A stretch of 64,000 bases of DNA from a virus. The stretch spans positions 1 through 64,000 of the IMG/VR virus record IMGVR_UViG_3300021375_000011, one strand, 5' to 3'. The notes under the pieces are model-generated. The model worked only from the letters and a program-made list of their open reading frames with translations. It did no database searches and had not been told where the DNA came from. Shown in pieces: positions 1 to 10,113 of this stretch. Both the position numbers and the translations under genes were made by a program. How positions within the stretch are numbered: the first letter of the stretch is position 1; every line of letters starts with the position of its first letter.

Positions 1-672
1 CTTTTTAGGTCGGAAGTCACCTAAATTATATAAACCTTGTGAGTCAATAGCAGTGGCTTCTGCTTCAGTTAATGCAGTTTCTTTTCTTGACCACTTTGAT
101 GTACTATAGTCAGCATAACCACCCTTAGAAGTTTTACTTACTCTGAAGTCTAAACCTCTTGCATAGTCTGTAGGTAGTTCCTCTAACTCAGGATCCATCA
201 ATGCACTCTTAATAATTTGAAAAATCTGCGGACCAATGATGAAACGTCTGATTGCTTTATCTGATTTGTCATCTGTGATAGGATTCTCTCTTACAAATCC
301 TTGCATTACATAACTACGTTTCTTCCAGTACTTACGACCCATATCTTCTAAACTTTTGTCTTTGAACCACGGACGTACTTCTGTTAGGATTGGACAAGTA
401 TCTCCCCACATTTCAACACAAGGAACCTGTACTTGAACACTCTTACTGTCCATCTGTCCTTTGATACCATTGAATGGGAGTTTGATCATTGCACGTTCAA
501 TCCAAAAGAACGTGTTATTGTTATCCATATCGGGAAGGAAACGTAGTACTGCACTATCGCCTTCGTTCATATTCCAATGTGGGTAAATTGCACCATCGCC
601 GCCGGATGATTGGTTGCCTTGCTTGTTATCTGCCGCTGCAAGGCGAGCTCTTATTTCTGCTAATGAAGCCAT
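1..672 (-). CDS. gp32: Single-stranded DNA-binding protein, T4 gp32-like (3' end runs off the window)
   Basis: Not in the ORF track. Manual translation from ATG 672 gives MASLAEIRARLAAADNK...IYPHWNMNEGDSAVLRFLPD...VPCVEMWGDTCPIL...YWKKRSY...GLDFRVSKTSKGGYADYSTSKW. LRFLP, the Cys motif and YxDYSxSKW are gp32 hallmarks. RBS AGGAG lies upstream. Confidence 0.9.
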   Translation of the reverse strand, partial: MASLAEIRARLAAADNKQGNQSSGGDGAIYPHWNMNEGDSAVLRFLPDMDNNNTFFWIERAMIKLPFNGIKGQMDSKSVQVQVPCVEMWGDTCPILTEVRPWFKDKSLEDMGRKYWKKRSYVMQGFVRENPITDDKSDKAIRRFIIGPQIFQIIKSALMDPELEELPTDYARGLDFRVSKTSKGGYADYSTSKWSRKETALTEAEATAIDSQGLYNLGDFRPKK

Positions 673-693
673 TTTGTTTCTCCTATTGCCTAC

Positions 694-758
694 GAGTAGC
701 AACTACTACTCTATCATTTGCCTGTTTATGTTTGTCAACAAATAATGCAACTACATTA
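694..758 (-). promoter_or_regulatory. Two hairpins with identical TAGTTG loops in the gp32 5' leader
   Basis: Minus strand reads TAATG-TAGTTG-CATTA (758-743) and GAGTAG-TAGTTG-CTACTC (711-694), downstream of a TAAATA late promoter (769-774). Confidence 0.6.
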
Positions 759-828
759 CTTGCACTTTTATTTAGCATAGATACACCAGTTGGTGTAGTT
801 TTATGTCGCATAAAATTAAACATGCTTT

Positions 829-856
829 ATAATAGCATGATAGTAGGAGAAATCAA
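829..856 (-). promoter_or_regulatory. Sigma70-like promoter upstream of gp32
   Basis: Minus strand TTGATT-16 nt-TATTAT, with a TGn extension before the -10 box. Confidence 0.5.
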
Positions 857-870
857 CTGTTTTGGTAAAA

Positions 871-2847
871 TTACCTATTTACGAGGTAAAGCATTCTTTC
901 TAATGCTTCGTTTGTTAACGCTGGATCACGTTCTGCTTTAAGTGCTTGTTTGCCAGTATCAACATCTTGTGTTTCTTCAACTTCGTTTTGTTGTCCTGCA
1001 AGTCTTAATAGCTCTGCCATCTCGCGATTTTCATCTAGGTCATCGTCTGCTAAATCATCCTGTGCCATTGGATCAACTGCTTTTTCGTTATCAGTGCCAT
1101 CTTGGTCGTTTGGATTAACAAAACTATCCATGCCTTCTTCAACATCTGAACCGCCAGCAGTTTTAACCACATCTTGTCCGCCCATGCCCATTTCTAAACT
1201 GCGTTCTTTACCTGCGGCTGCCGCTGCCTGTCCTGCTTGATATCCACTAGCAGTTTCTTGATCAGTTGGATTTTCGTTTATATTCTCAACAACGTAGAAT
1301 GTGATACTTTCATCACTGTTTTCGCCTGATTCACCGTCTTCAAGTTTTTTACCTGTTATTTTTTCTATGCCTGCTCTAAACTTTTTGTCATACATTAAGT
1401 CATCAATATCGGCGCCACTTATTCCAACTACTATATTCGAACCAATACCTGGATTTGTGTAAGTGGTAATATCACTTACGGATACTACACCAGCATTTTG
1501 TGACATTACTTTTTTATTTACTTGCATAACTTGTGGATCAGGTCCTTCATCTTCGCTCACACTTTCATCATATCCAAGTTTACCATCATCCTTCATGCTC
1601 ATACTTGCAGGAGTGTCTGTGAATTCTATATTGTCTATACCAAGTTCTTGAGCACGTGCCATTACTAATTTTCTGCAATCTGCATCTGGATCTTTGTCTG
1701 CTAGTTCACCAATGTCATCAAACAAACTGTCATCGCCAATCAAGTCATAAAGTTGTTCTGAAGCATACTCGCCATCAGGTCCACATGGTAGAGGCTTTGA
1801 CATAAGCTCTTGTAGCCTTGCCATGTCTTCTGCAGTTTCTGGCAATGCCCATGTACCTTCCATTATTTGGTTGGTCCAGTTTTCAAATTGGTTTGCTTCT
1901 TTCATTGTGCTTTCCCTTATTTTTGCTAGTATAGGCAATGCTTCTTCGATACGGCTATCAACTGCACTGTTTACAAATACTTCTCTTACACTTTCAATTG
2001 TTTCGTCTAATTCTGTTACTATCATTGGGTCGTACGTACTAAAAATTTCTTTGTATCCACGTTTGCCAATCATCTTCTTGGCTTTGCGTTTTAGATCTGC
2101 ATAATGCTTTACTGCATCTTCTACTATGCCTAGTGCTTGTTCGTTTTGTGCAAATGCATTACTGCGACTTGCTCTTACAAATTTGCCTAGTGTTTTAATT
2201 TCATTTATTGTTTCGCTTATGTACTGTCCAAATGCATCATATGGCGTGCCACCTTCACTTACATGACGTGCCATTGCTTTAGCACCGGCAATGCTTTCAA
2301 ACGGCATGCGAAATCTTTCACCTTGACTATTCTCAACAAACAAACTTGCAATGTTTCTAAAACGTTGCTCGCCTTCACCTATGGCACGTGAGTGTTGTAT
2401 TACAACTTTTGCTTTGCCGGGTTGATTGCTATAGCTCTTGCTTTTACCTTGGGCTTTCCATGCTTCCATTACCAAGCTCTCGCTTAGGTCAGCCATAGTA
2501 GCCATACTATACTTGAGTTTGTTCATATTATTCAAACTAAATGTCAGTAGGTTACGCTTGGCAGTTTGTCTTAGCATAGCGAGAAAATCATACCATTCGC
2601 CCTTATCGCCAACTTCCATACCCTTGCCGAGATTATCACCATAGTATACTTCTAAATCATTGTCACCGTTGATTAGTACTACAACTGTTCCGTACTCGTT
2701 GCCATTCACACTAAAATTAAATGAGAATAGGTCTGCTTCACTTGGATTTACCGTAGGCTTACCCATCGAATCCAAGCTCTTTGGATCTAAATCTCTAGTT
2801 ACTAACAAATCATATATTTGTTGTGATGCTGTGTTTTCTTGTGCCAT
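871..2847 (-). CDS. Hypothetical virion/head-associated protein with acidic modular C-terminus
   Basis: 658-aa ORF directly downstream of terminase. TAAATA lies 5 nt before the ATG. It contains many hydrophobic-x-E motifs (LSE, VME, IME, LDE). Confidence 0.75.
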   Translation of the reverse strand: MAQENTASQQIYDLLVTRDLDPKSLDSMGKPTVNPSEADLFSFNFSVNGNEYGTVVVLINGDNDLEVYYGDNLGKGMEVGDKGEWYDFLAMLRQTAKRNLLTFSLNNMNKLKYSMATMADLSESLVMEAWKAQGKSKSYSNQPGKAKVVIQHSRAIGEGEQRFRNIASLFVENSQGERFRMPFESIAGAKAMARHVSEGGTPYDAFGQYISETINEIKTLGKFVRASRSNAFAQNEQALGIVEDAVKHYADLKRKAKKMIGKRGYKEIFSTYDPMIVTELDETIESVREVFVNSAVDSRIEEALPILAKIRESTMKEANQFENWTNQIMEGTWALPETAEDMARLQELMSKPLPCGPDGEYASEQLYDLIGDDSLFDDIGELADKDPDADCRKLVMARAQELGIDNIEFTDTPASMSMKDDGKLGYDESVSEDEGPDPQVMQVNKKVMSQNAGVVSVSDITTYTNPGIGSNIVVGISGADIDDLMYDKKFRAGIEKITGKKLEDGESGENSDESITFYVVENINENPTDQETASGYQAGQAAAAAGKERSLEMGMGGQDVVKTAGGSDVEEGMDSFVNPNDQDGTDNEKAVDPMAQDDLADDDLDENREMAELLRLAGQQNEVEETQDVDTGKQALKAERDPALTNEALERMLYLVNR

Positions 2848-2858
2848 GTACGTATTTA

Positions 2859-4436
2859 TTAAAACATTGCCACAAACGGCATTGGTTCAATATTCTCCTC
2901 GCTGAAATCTGTTAGGTGTGAATCAAGTTCTTTGTGATAACTTGTAAGAACCTGTAGCATACGAATCGCTAGAAGCGTACTCATTACCAAATCGTCTGTT
3001 TCGCCGGGCTTGCCTGCATAACTTGTGCCATGTGCAACAAAGTTTTTAAGCTCACCAATTAAACTAGGAGAGCTTATTGTCATCTTGTTTGTTTCGACTA
3101 GTGTTTTTAACTTAGCACAGGCTGCTATTTTACTTTTATTGGTTGTGTTGAAACCTTTTCTGTATCTTCTACCACTGGCACTTACAATAGTATTGTCGCT
3201 TAAAAAGTATCCTTCAATATTTTGCTCGCCATACTGCTCGATACATAACAAGGCTGCCTCGCCAATTGTATTATTTTCTACACTATAATAAACACTTTGT
3301 GGTTCTTGCACAGTTTCGTTAATATGCTTTACTATTTCTACAAGTATACGTATTTGATCTGTAATTGGTGTTTTGTTATGGCGCCATTCTGCTATCTGTA
3401 CTGTACTATTTGCTTCAAACACTTGTATTGCACTAGGATCACCTCCTGTGCCTAAACTTGGATCAAGTGCCACAGTGTATATTCTGCCCTTTTGAGGATT
3501 TTTATACCAACGTACCTGTCCAGTTTTATAAAGTGGCTCGCTAACTCCTTCAAGGTCAATAAGTTTTGTTGGAGATATAAGCGTTTCATCTGAGATAATA
3601 AATTCACAGTCCATCTCACGACGGAAACGTTCAACACCTAATATGTTACGTTGTTCTTCTGCCCAATCATCATCTCTGTCTGGATGCTCTCGCCAAAATG
3701 CTCTGTATGCTTTGAAGCCATTGATGCCCAGTTCTTTTTGATTGCCAAACTCGTCTTCAGTTTTGTTTGCACCTTTCCATATAAATGCAAACTGATCTTC
3801 ATCTGAGTTTGGAGTACTTGTAATAATAGCACCACCACCTGTTGATAGTGTAGGCGATATTGATGTCCAGAATTCTCTTGCTATTGTGGGTCGCACAAAT
3901 GCAAACTCATCACAGTATAGCAGTGTAATACTCATACCACGTCCGGTATTTTCAGTTGTTGTTTGTGCAACTATTCTCGATCCATTATCAAATTCTATTG
4001 AGCCTTTATTATAACTTGTTGCTCCAGCACGTATGTGGTCTGGACAGGCTTCGTATGAATATCTCACACGTTGCATAATCTCTTGAGCACCTGCATACTT
4101 GTGTGCCGCAACCAGTATTGTACTATCAGGTTTGAACATAGCATACCATAACAGATATCCGGCAGCACTGGTACTCTTGCCTGTTTGCCTTGGCATCATT
4201 GATATACTAAACCTATAGTTGTGATATGTTTTTATTAGTCTTTCTTGGAACTCCCAAGGATCATACTTCATTTTACCTTGTATTGGATGTTGTATATAGA
4301 AAAAGTTACGTAGAAAATACTCAGGACCTGTTTCAGGGTCAGCACATTTTACAAACTCCTGCAGTTGGTCGTCTGTGAATTCTTGTTTTTTGTAAGGGCT
4401 TTTTACTAAGACCCCATCTTCTTCTCTTGCTACCAT
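2859..4436 (-). CDS. gp17: Terminase large subunit
   Basis: Walker A MPRQTGKST, Walker B LLYCDEFAF, coupling motif ITSTPN, nuclease motifs VALDPSLGTGGD and DDLVM. The start is placed at MVAREE (4436), overlapping the upstream stop. Confidence 0.95.
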   Translation of the reverse strand: MVAREEDGVLVKSPYKKQEFTDDQLQEFVKCADPETGPEYFLRNFFYIQHPIQGKMKYDPWEFQERLIKTYHNYRFSISMMPRQTGKSTSAAGYLLWYAMFKPDSTILVAAHKYAGAQEIMQRVRYSYEACPDHIRAGATSYNKGSIEFDNGSRIVAQTTTENTGRGMSITLLYCDEFAFVRPTIAREFWTSISPTLSTGGGAIITSTPNSDEDQFAFIWKGANKTEDEFGNQKELGINGFKAYRAFWREHPDRDDDWAEEQRNILGVERFRREMDCEFIISDETLISPTKLIDLEGVSEPLYKTGQVRWYKNPQKGRIYTVALDPSLGTGGDPSAIQVFEANSTVQIAEWRHNKTPITDQIRILVEIVKHINETVQEPQSVYYSVENNTIGEAALLCIEQYGEQNIEGYFLSDNTIVSASGRRYRKGFNTTNKSKIAACAKLKTLVETNKMTISSPSLIGELKNFVAHGTSYAGKPGETDDLVMSTLLAIRMLQVLTSYHKELDSHLTDFSEENIEPMPFVAMF

Positions 4437-5605
4437 AGTACTTCTGCCAATTCTGGCCATAATTTGTTGAATTGGCCTTTTTGATCGGGATGCCAATCAC
4501 TTTCAAGTGATTCTGTAAAATTTTTAAAGTTTTGGTTGTCGGGACTTAAACTATTACCTTTTCCTACACTTTGTTCTAATTGCTGTATCTGTTGCACTAC
4601 AAAATCTTTTTCATGAGCTGTAAGTTCAAAATTATTTTGATACTTGTGTAGTTCATCAATTGCTAAAGTTCGCACTGCTTTGTTATGATTAACAGGATTA
4701 AGATGGTCTCCCCACACACGTTGCCAAATAATATTAATTTTCTTATCAAGTGAATATTGTTTTAATTCGCATAATCTTGTACAATTATATAGTGTATAAA
4801 CTGCTTGAATTCCGCCGTGATGCTGACTTTTTTCTATTTTATCAGCAACACGAGATACATTCTTGTCCATTCGTTCCCAGCTACTTCCCCATCTAACATA
4901 TTCAAACCTTTTGCCGATATTATCAAAACTCATGCTCCAACCAACACGCGATCTTTTAAGTAGTTTTTGAGGGACTGGCAGTGTATCAAAGTCAGTTGTC
5001 ATATTTGTAATTACAGTGATTAATACATCGTCTGGTAATATATCAAGCAAAGCATTATTTTCTTTCATCATCAATGGTTCACCGCCTACAAGTGCCACTT
5101 CTTTTACATGCGACTGATGTTTTTTAATATAATCAATAATCTTTTGATATTTTGTGTTAATTGTTTGATTTAGATTTTCGCCAAACTGTTCTTTAGCTTC
5201 TCTTATTGCAGCCCATTTTGAACTAAAGTAGGCGCTGCAGTATGTGCAAGCCAGGTTACATGTATTGTTCCAACGAACATCAATTAGGGCAGGCTTATGT
5301 TCTTCTATGTCTGCAGTTGTACAATCAAAATCTGGACTTATGTTGTTGTGCCAGTCTCTCTCGCTTGAAAAACCTTTTTCTTCCCGTTCTATACACCCAT
5401 GACAGTATTTAGGATGTAATATTCCTTGTTTTATACTAGCTCTAACTTCTTGTATTGCTTTACTATTTAAAATAGATTCTATTGATTCTTCTCGTTTTTT
5501 GCCTAACATATTAGGATTGGCGGCACAACATGTTTGCACTTGCCCTTCGAAGTTTAGATGTAGTCCTCGCCAAGGAGAGGCACAATATTTCTTTACAGGT
5601 TCCAT
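4430..5605 (-). CDS. Radical SAM protein with N-terminal SPASM/twitch-like Cys cluster
   Basis: CNLACTYC (CxxxCxxC), GGEPL, and ITN/SFD motifs. N-terminal CASPW...GQVQTCC...CHGC. TAAGTA lies 5 nt upstream of the ATG. Confidence 0.9.
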   Translation of the reverse strand: MEPVKKYCASPWRGLHLNFEGQVQTCCAANPNMLGKKREESIESILNSKAIQEVRASIKQGILHPKYCHGCIEREEKGFSSERDWHNNISPDFDCTTADIEEHKPALIDVRWNNTCNLACTYCSAYFSSKWAAIREAKEQFGENLNQTINTKYQKIIDYIKKHQSHVKEVALVGGEPLMMKENNALLDILPDDVLITVITNMTTDFDTLPVPQKLLKRSRVGWSMSFDNIGKRFEYVRWGSSWERMDKNVSRVADKIEKSQHHGGIQAVYTLYNCTRLCELKQYSLDKKINIIWQRVWGDHLNPVNHNKAVRTLAIDELHKYQNNFELTAHEKDFVVQQIQQLEQSVGKGNSLSPDNQNFKNFTESLESDWHPDQKGQFNKLWPELAEVLW

Positions 5606-5613
5606 GCAAGTAC

Positions 5614-5751
5614 TTATTGTGGCTTTGGGCTGTGGTTCTTAATTGTTTGGTTTGGAGCTGGTTGTTTATACTCTTCTGGTAAAGGAGCAACTAGTGGCTG
5701 AGGTTTTGGAGTAGGCTTAGAAAGCCCACCAAAGTTAATTGCAGTGATCAT
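5614..5751 (-). CDS. Small Pro-rich hypothetical protein (45 aa)
   Basis: Manual translation MITAINFGGLSKPTPKPQPLVAPLPEEYKQPAPNQTIKNHSPKPQ. ATGA overlap with the upstream gene; the ORF fills the intergenic gap exactly. Confidence 0.6.
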   Translation of the reverse strand: MITAINFGGLSKPTPKPQPLVAPLPEEYKQPAPNQTIKNHSPKPQ

Positions 5752-6188
5752 TCTACAATGCCGTCTTCTAGGAGTTTTACTCTATTGGCCAGATGAGCTT
5801 TTTGTACATCGTCTTTGTTTTGCCCATGATACGGAACTGCGTGTCCTTCACTTATTAATATGCTTGTAAGTAGTTTCCAACTGTCTGTGTCACTGTCATA
5901 GACATTAAAATCACCTAAGATACGTCCAAACTTGCCTTTCATATCTTCGCCGCTTTTGTTTATTTGTGTTTTAAGCACACAACTTTTGCCAAGTAGTTGT
6001 TTTACTCTTGCTTTTGCGGCTAATCCAAACTTCTTTTCTTCAAGATCTCTTGTGCGTGATTCTGGAGTATCAATGCCTGCTATACGTACTCGTTCGTCTC
6101 TAAGAACAACATTGAATCCTAAGTCAATGTCAACATCAACAGTATCACCATCTACAATTTTGATTATTGTTGCACGATACTCGTACAT
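5748..6188 (-). CDS. Thermonuclease (SNase-like) family protein
   Basis: IVDGDTVDV...VRIAGIDTPE...GKFGRILG...LISEGHA motifs. Confidence 0.85.
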   Translation of the reverse strand: MYEYRATIIKIVDGDTVDVDIDLGFNVVLRDERVRIAGIDTPESRTRDLEEKKFGLAAKARVKQLLGKSCVLKTQINKSGEDMKGKFGRILGDFNVYDSDTDSWKLLTSILISEGHAVPYHGQNKDDVQKAHLANRVKLLEDGIVE

Positions 6189-6559
6189 TATCTTGGGTAG
6201 CCTTTAAATGCTACAACTGGCGATTCTGTATTAACTGCGTCTAATTCTTGGCTACCTTTAGCTGAGGAGCGTTTTTTAGCAGTAAGTCCGATTGACTTAA
6301 ATGCGTCTGTGGCTAGTTTCTCTTCTACGTCTGTGTAAGTACCAACATATCCGTCGCCTGCTAACCAGCTTGACGGGTCCATCTCATGTTCTGTGTTACC
6401 ATCTGCATCCATAGCGGCCATTGCTAAACTAGCACGGTACAAGTCGTAGTATCCGTTGTTACGCAAACTACCAGGGCTTGCTTTTTCAATAGTATGAGGC
6501 ATATTACCTTGTGGTAGGTTAGTGCCTCTACGTTCAGATATGAACTCTTTGGATCTCAT
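6188..6559 (-). CDS. Hypothetical protein, possible internal head protein
   Basis: 123-aa ORF with overlapping stop/start junctions. N-terminal MRSKEFISE resembles the T4 capsid-targeting sequence. Confidence 0.7.
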   Translation of the reverse strand: MRSKEFISERRGTNLPQGNMPHTIEKASPGSLRNNGYYDLYRASLAMAAMDADGNTEHEMDPSSWLAGDGYVGTYTDVEEKLATDAFKSIGLTAKKRSSAKGSQELDAVNTESPVVAFKGYPR

Positions 6560-6864
6560 TAGCTGTAGACACCTGCGTTAGCACTTGATGCAGTGCCAAT
6601 TTCAGTGCATGAACCATTGGCGCCAGTAATAGTAACTTGATTACCTACTCCAACATATACATCTATTTTAGTTTGGTGTGGTATTACTAATGGCACACTG
6701 TTTGTTACTGTGCCGTCGTTGTATAAAAAGTGTGTAGCATCGCTAGTTGGCTTACCTGCCAGTTTAACTTGAAATGTTAGTGCGTTTGAACCACTTGTAA
6801 TTTGTGCTTTATCTGTTGTCCACACTGTGTCGGATATTGCGCCTGCGTATGATGTGATTGCCAT
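6559..6864 (-). CDS. Hypothetical beta-rich virion protein
   Basis: 101-aa Thr/Gly-rich ORF in the operon, with RBS AGGA. Confidence 0.7.
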   Translation of the reverse strand: MAITSYAGAISDTVWTTDKAQITSGSNALTFQVKLAGKPTSDATHFLYNDGTVTNSVPLVIPHQTKIDVYVGVGNQVTITGANGSCTEIGTASSANAGVYS

Positions 6865-6880
6865 TATCTAGTTCCTTTTA

Positions 6881-8101
6881 TTACCACTTGCGACATGACC
6901 AGTAACGTGCTTTTGTTTTTGGTCCTGGATTGTCACAGTTGTGTCTAGCTCTAAAACTCTTACGTGCTTTAGGATTGTTTTTTCTAATCTTCATTGCTTT
7001 GCCCTTGACGCTACTTCCGCCATGACCAAAGTTAACTTTTTTTACGTTGCCTGTTTTTGGATCTTTAACATATACTTTAAACTTTTTCACATCACCTTGC
7101 ATAGGCTTGTTTAGTTTTACCTTACGTCCTTGATACTCTGCTTCTGCTAGGTCATTTTCAATAACACGTTTTAAACTTTTTATAGTATCGTTTACCATTG
7201 CACTGATGTCGCTTGATCCAATTTCATCATCGTCATCGCCGTGAAATTCAGCAGTGTCAGCAATTGCTTGTGTAATTTGCTCAATGCCGTATTCTCTTAC
7301 CATGTCACTGAACTCAGGATGATTCATAATCCTGCGTGTGATCATTGCTTCAACTTCTTCAACATCTTCGATAAGTTTTTCAGTTTGTTCTACTGCTTCA
7401 GTTAGTTTTCTGTTATAGTAATTTGCAGTATCAGCTGCACCTAAACGTTTGTGCAGTGCGGCCTGCTCTTCAAACATCTTTATATCGCCAGCAAGTTTTT
7501 GTATTGTTTTACAATTACAATGAGAACATTTTGATCCACATGTGCAGTCCATAACTTTTACACCACAACATGCTTCAGGACAATAAATCTTACCGTCCTT
7601 GATACGTTCCATAACAGTACCTTCGTTGGTGATAGCACGATACTGGCTTTTACTGCTTTCCTTTACTCTAGCTTCTGCAATTCTAAAACCATCATGTGTA
7701 ATGCCAGTTTTATTTGTTAGATAGTCTGCAATAAATTCTTCTGTATCTTCATCGTCTAGTCCAACTGGAACAGGAACTGTCATAGTTGTACTTAAATCAC
7801 TTACATCATCTTCAGCGTCCCATTTGATATTAGTTACTTTAACTATGCCTTCGTCTAATTCTTCTGAAGGAGGATCAATAACACCGTCTGTTTCATCACC
7901 AACATAGTTACAATCTTCTAGTATACCATAAGCATAATCGTCTGATAAAAATGTAATACTATCGTCTGTGTGTTCTACAACAGGAAAGTCAATAGCAATT
8001 TCGTCATCAAAATCTTCTCGAACAACAACTTCAAGTACATCACCTGTAACAGGAAATGCAGTTGCTCTTTCGCTTTCTGTGATATACTTCTTTAGTGTCA
8101 T
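6881..8101 (-). CDS. Modular putative head protein with Cys-rich module and basic C-terminal DUF6321-like domain
   Basis: N-terminus MTLKKYITE. C-terminal KKFKVYVKDPKTGNVKKVNFG...RKSFRARHNC...KARYWSCRKW domain is common in T4-like phages. Confidence 0.7.
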   Translation of the reverse strand: MTLKKYITESERATAFPVTGDVLEVVVREDFDDEIAIDFPVVEHTDDSITFLSDDYAYGILEDCNYVGDETDGVIDPPSEELDEGIVKVTNIKWDAEDDVSDLSTTMTVPVPVGLDDEDTEEFIADYLTNKTGITHDGFRIAEARVKESSKSQYRAITNEGTVMERIKDGKIYCPEACCGVKVMDCTCGSKCSHCNCKTIQKLAGDIKMFEEQAALHKRLGAADTANYYNRKLTEAVEQTEKLIEDVEEVEAMITRRIMNHPEFSDMVREYGIEQITQAIADTAEFHGDDDDEIGSSDISAMVNDTIKSLKRVIENDLAEAEYQGRKVKLNKPMQGDVKKFKVYVKDPKTGNVKKVNFGHGGSSVKGKAMKIRKNNPKARKSFRARHNCDNPGPKTKARYWSCRKW

Positions 8102-10113
8102 TATTTTGCCTTATATGCCTGATATAGTTTCATTAAACGTCCTTCGCTAACTTCGTTAAGCTCTGATGCTTCTAAAACTGACATTGGATTATCACCACCA
8201 GCAACTTTAGGGTATGCCATTTTCTTTGGACCATTAAGTCCGCCTGCAATATCCTGTGTCATATACTCAGTGTCCATTGTGTTCTGATCGTCTGCACCGT
8301 TAGCAAATTCTTGATCTTCAGCAACTTGTATTTCAACTTCACCGTATGGTGATTGTGGTTGTGATCCCATTCCCATCATGCCTATGCCTGCAAGTTTACA
8401 TAGTTCTGCCATTTTAGCTGCATCTTCACCACTTGCATTTATATTAATGTTTGGTTCTGCATCGGTACCTGCACTCACTGTAACACTCATGTCTTCGTTT
8501 ATTTGCATTGCACGTTTTACAATTTCATTGTTTTCATAGATACTTGCATTTTTGTACAAAGGCTTACCAGCACCTGCTCCGTCTGCTATTGCACCAGAAC
8601 CGGTTGTCTCTTCAACTTTTTCTTCTTTGTCATGCTCGCCTTCGTCCATTCTATCTTCGATATCTTTTTTGATACCGTCGTAGTCTTGTCCTGGATATTT
8701 TTTCTCAAATTCTTTCTTACCCATGCCTTCTTCGACATCCTGCATCATGTCTTTTACAGCGCCTTCGTCTAGCTTCTCTTCATCTTCTTCGATTGACTCG
8801 TTTTTGTCGCCTTTTACAGGATATGTTTTACCGTCTACTGTAAAGTCATTCTTGCCTGCTTTGATTGCTTTGTCTCTCTCACCTGAGAATTCGTTGCCTT
8901 CTTCTACAGATTCTAAAACACCACTTTCTAACTCATCCGCAACATCATATAATTCGTCTGCCATTATCCTACATGTAGCATCGTCGCAATTGCTTATCAT
9001 GACATCTAGGTCTTCATATTTTTCAAACATCTTACCAAATGTAGGTGCATTATTGTCTAAATACTCAAGTGCCGCATCATCATATTTTCCTACAAATTCA
9101 TAAACTGAATCATATGCATGTTTGATTGCGTCTCCAACTGATGCTTCATTTATTGGATTCTCAGACATGATCTTATTAGCAATGTCCTGCGGAGTACCTA
9201 GTGCTTCTTCAATTTCTTGTGCTGGTAAACCGGCTAGTTCTGCTAGACGTGCCATAACACCTTGTCTGGCTGCATCTTTAAGTGTGCCTGCGTTTTCAGT
9301 AGCCTTTACTTTAGCATTGCCTAATTGTTTTGCAGTGGCTAAATCAATACCTTTTTCTCTTTTAGCAGAACCAGATTCCATATCTTGTTCATGCCCATCT
9401 TCTTGACCGACTTTATCCATATAGCTATCTATTGTTTTATTTGAAATTTCAGCTATCTCTGATTCGTGCATCTTTCCATCAGCATGTTCTTTGTCACGTT
9501 TGCCAAACTTTCCGTATGAATCATCTCTACGATCTTTCATTGACTGTTTCTTGCCTGACTCTTTACCAGTACGCATACCCAATGACTCGTCTTCTTTGTC
9601 GTCATAGCCTTGAGCTTCGTGCATTCCGTCTTTGTCATGCTTCTCATCATACTCAATGTCTTTGGTTACGTCTTTGCCATCTCTACCAGCATGATGATAA
9701 CGATCATACTTTGCATCACGCTTTACTTCACGTCCTGCTTTCTCTGCACGATCATCTCTTTCAACGTCTGACTCTTTTTCAAACATCTTAGTGTCTTTTT
9801 TCTTCTCTGGTAAACCATCTGGACTTTGTTTGTCGCTAAATGGTGTGTAAGTGCTTTGCTTGTTCATTTTGGCTGCATCAGCGGCTGCCATGTCATCAAA
9901 CATCTTGTCCTTCTTGGCATCTTTTGCTAGACCGTCTTCGTAGTCTTTGTCATCTTTGCCAAATGGCTTGTAGTCAGCATCTTTGTTAAACTTTGTTTTT
10001 TTCATAAGGTCCTCTAGACCTTTTTTCATAAGAGCGTTACTATCCTCTTTCACTATCTCAGGTGCATTTGCTACCTTGTTTAGTTTGGCTAGTGTGTCGT
10101 ATATGTTGTCCAT
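8101..10113 (-). CDS. Acidic/charged modular putative internal head protein
   Basis: 670-aa E/D/K-rich ORF built from short modules delimited by hydrophobic-x-E motifs. Confidence 0.7.
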   Translation of the reverse strand: MDNIYDTLAKLNKVANAPEIVKEDSNALMKKGLEDLMKKTKFNKDADYKPFGKDDKDYEDGLAKDAKKDKMFDDMAAADAAKMNKQSTYTPFSDKQSPDGLPEKKKDTKMFEKESDVERDDRAEKAGREVKRDAKYDRYHHAGRDGKDVTKDIEYDEKHDKDGMHEAQGYDDKEDESLGMRTGKESGKKQSMKDRRDDSYGKFGKRDKEHADGKMHESEIAEISNKTIDSYMDKVGQEDGHEQDMESGSAKREKGIDLATAKQLGNAKVKATENAGTLKDAARQGVMARLAELAGLPAQEIEEALGTPQDIANKIMSENPINEASVGDAIKHAYDSVYEFVGKYDDAALEYLDNNAPTFGKMFEKYEDLDVMISNCDDATCRIMADELYDVADELESGVLESVEEGNEFSGERDKAIKAGKNDFTVDGKTYPVKGDKNESIEEDEEKLDEGAVKDMMQDVEEGMGKKEFEKKYPGQDYDGIKKDIEDRMDEGEHDKEEKVEETTGSGAIADGAGAGKPLYKNASIYENNEIVKRAMQINEDMSVTVSAGTDAEPNININASGEDAAKMAELCKLAGIGMMGMGSQPQSPYGEVEIQVAEDQEFANGADDQNTMDTEYMTQDIAGGLNGPKKMAYPKVAGGDNPMSVLEASELNEVSEGRLMKLYQAYKAK

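Noticed and set aside
489-941. 150-aa plus-strand ORF
   Set aside because: It overlaps gp32, its leader and the upstream gene on the opposite strand, and has implausible composition.
2859-4496. Intein or intron in terminase; upstream start at 4496
   Set aside because: The length and motif spacing are normal. The 20 extra N-terminal codons overlap the radical SAM gene, so 4436 is the preferred start.
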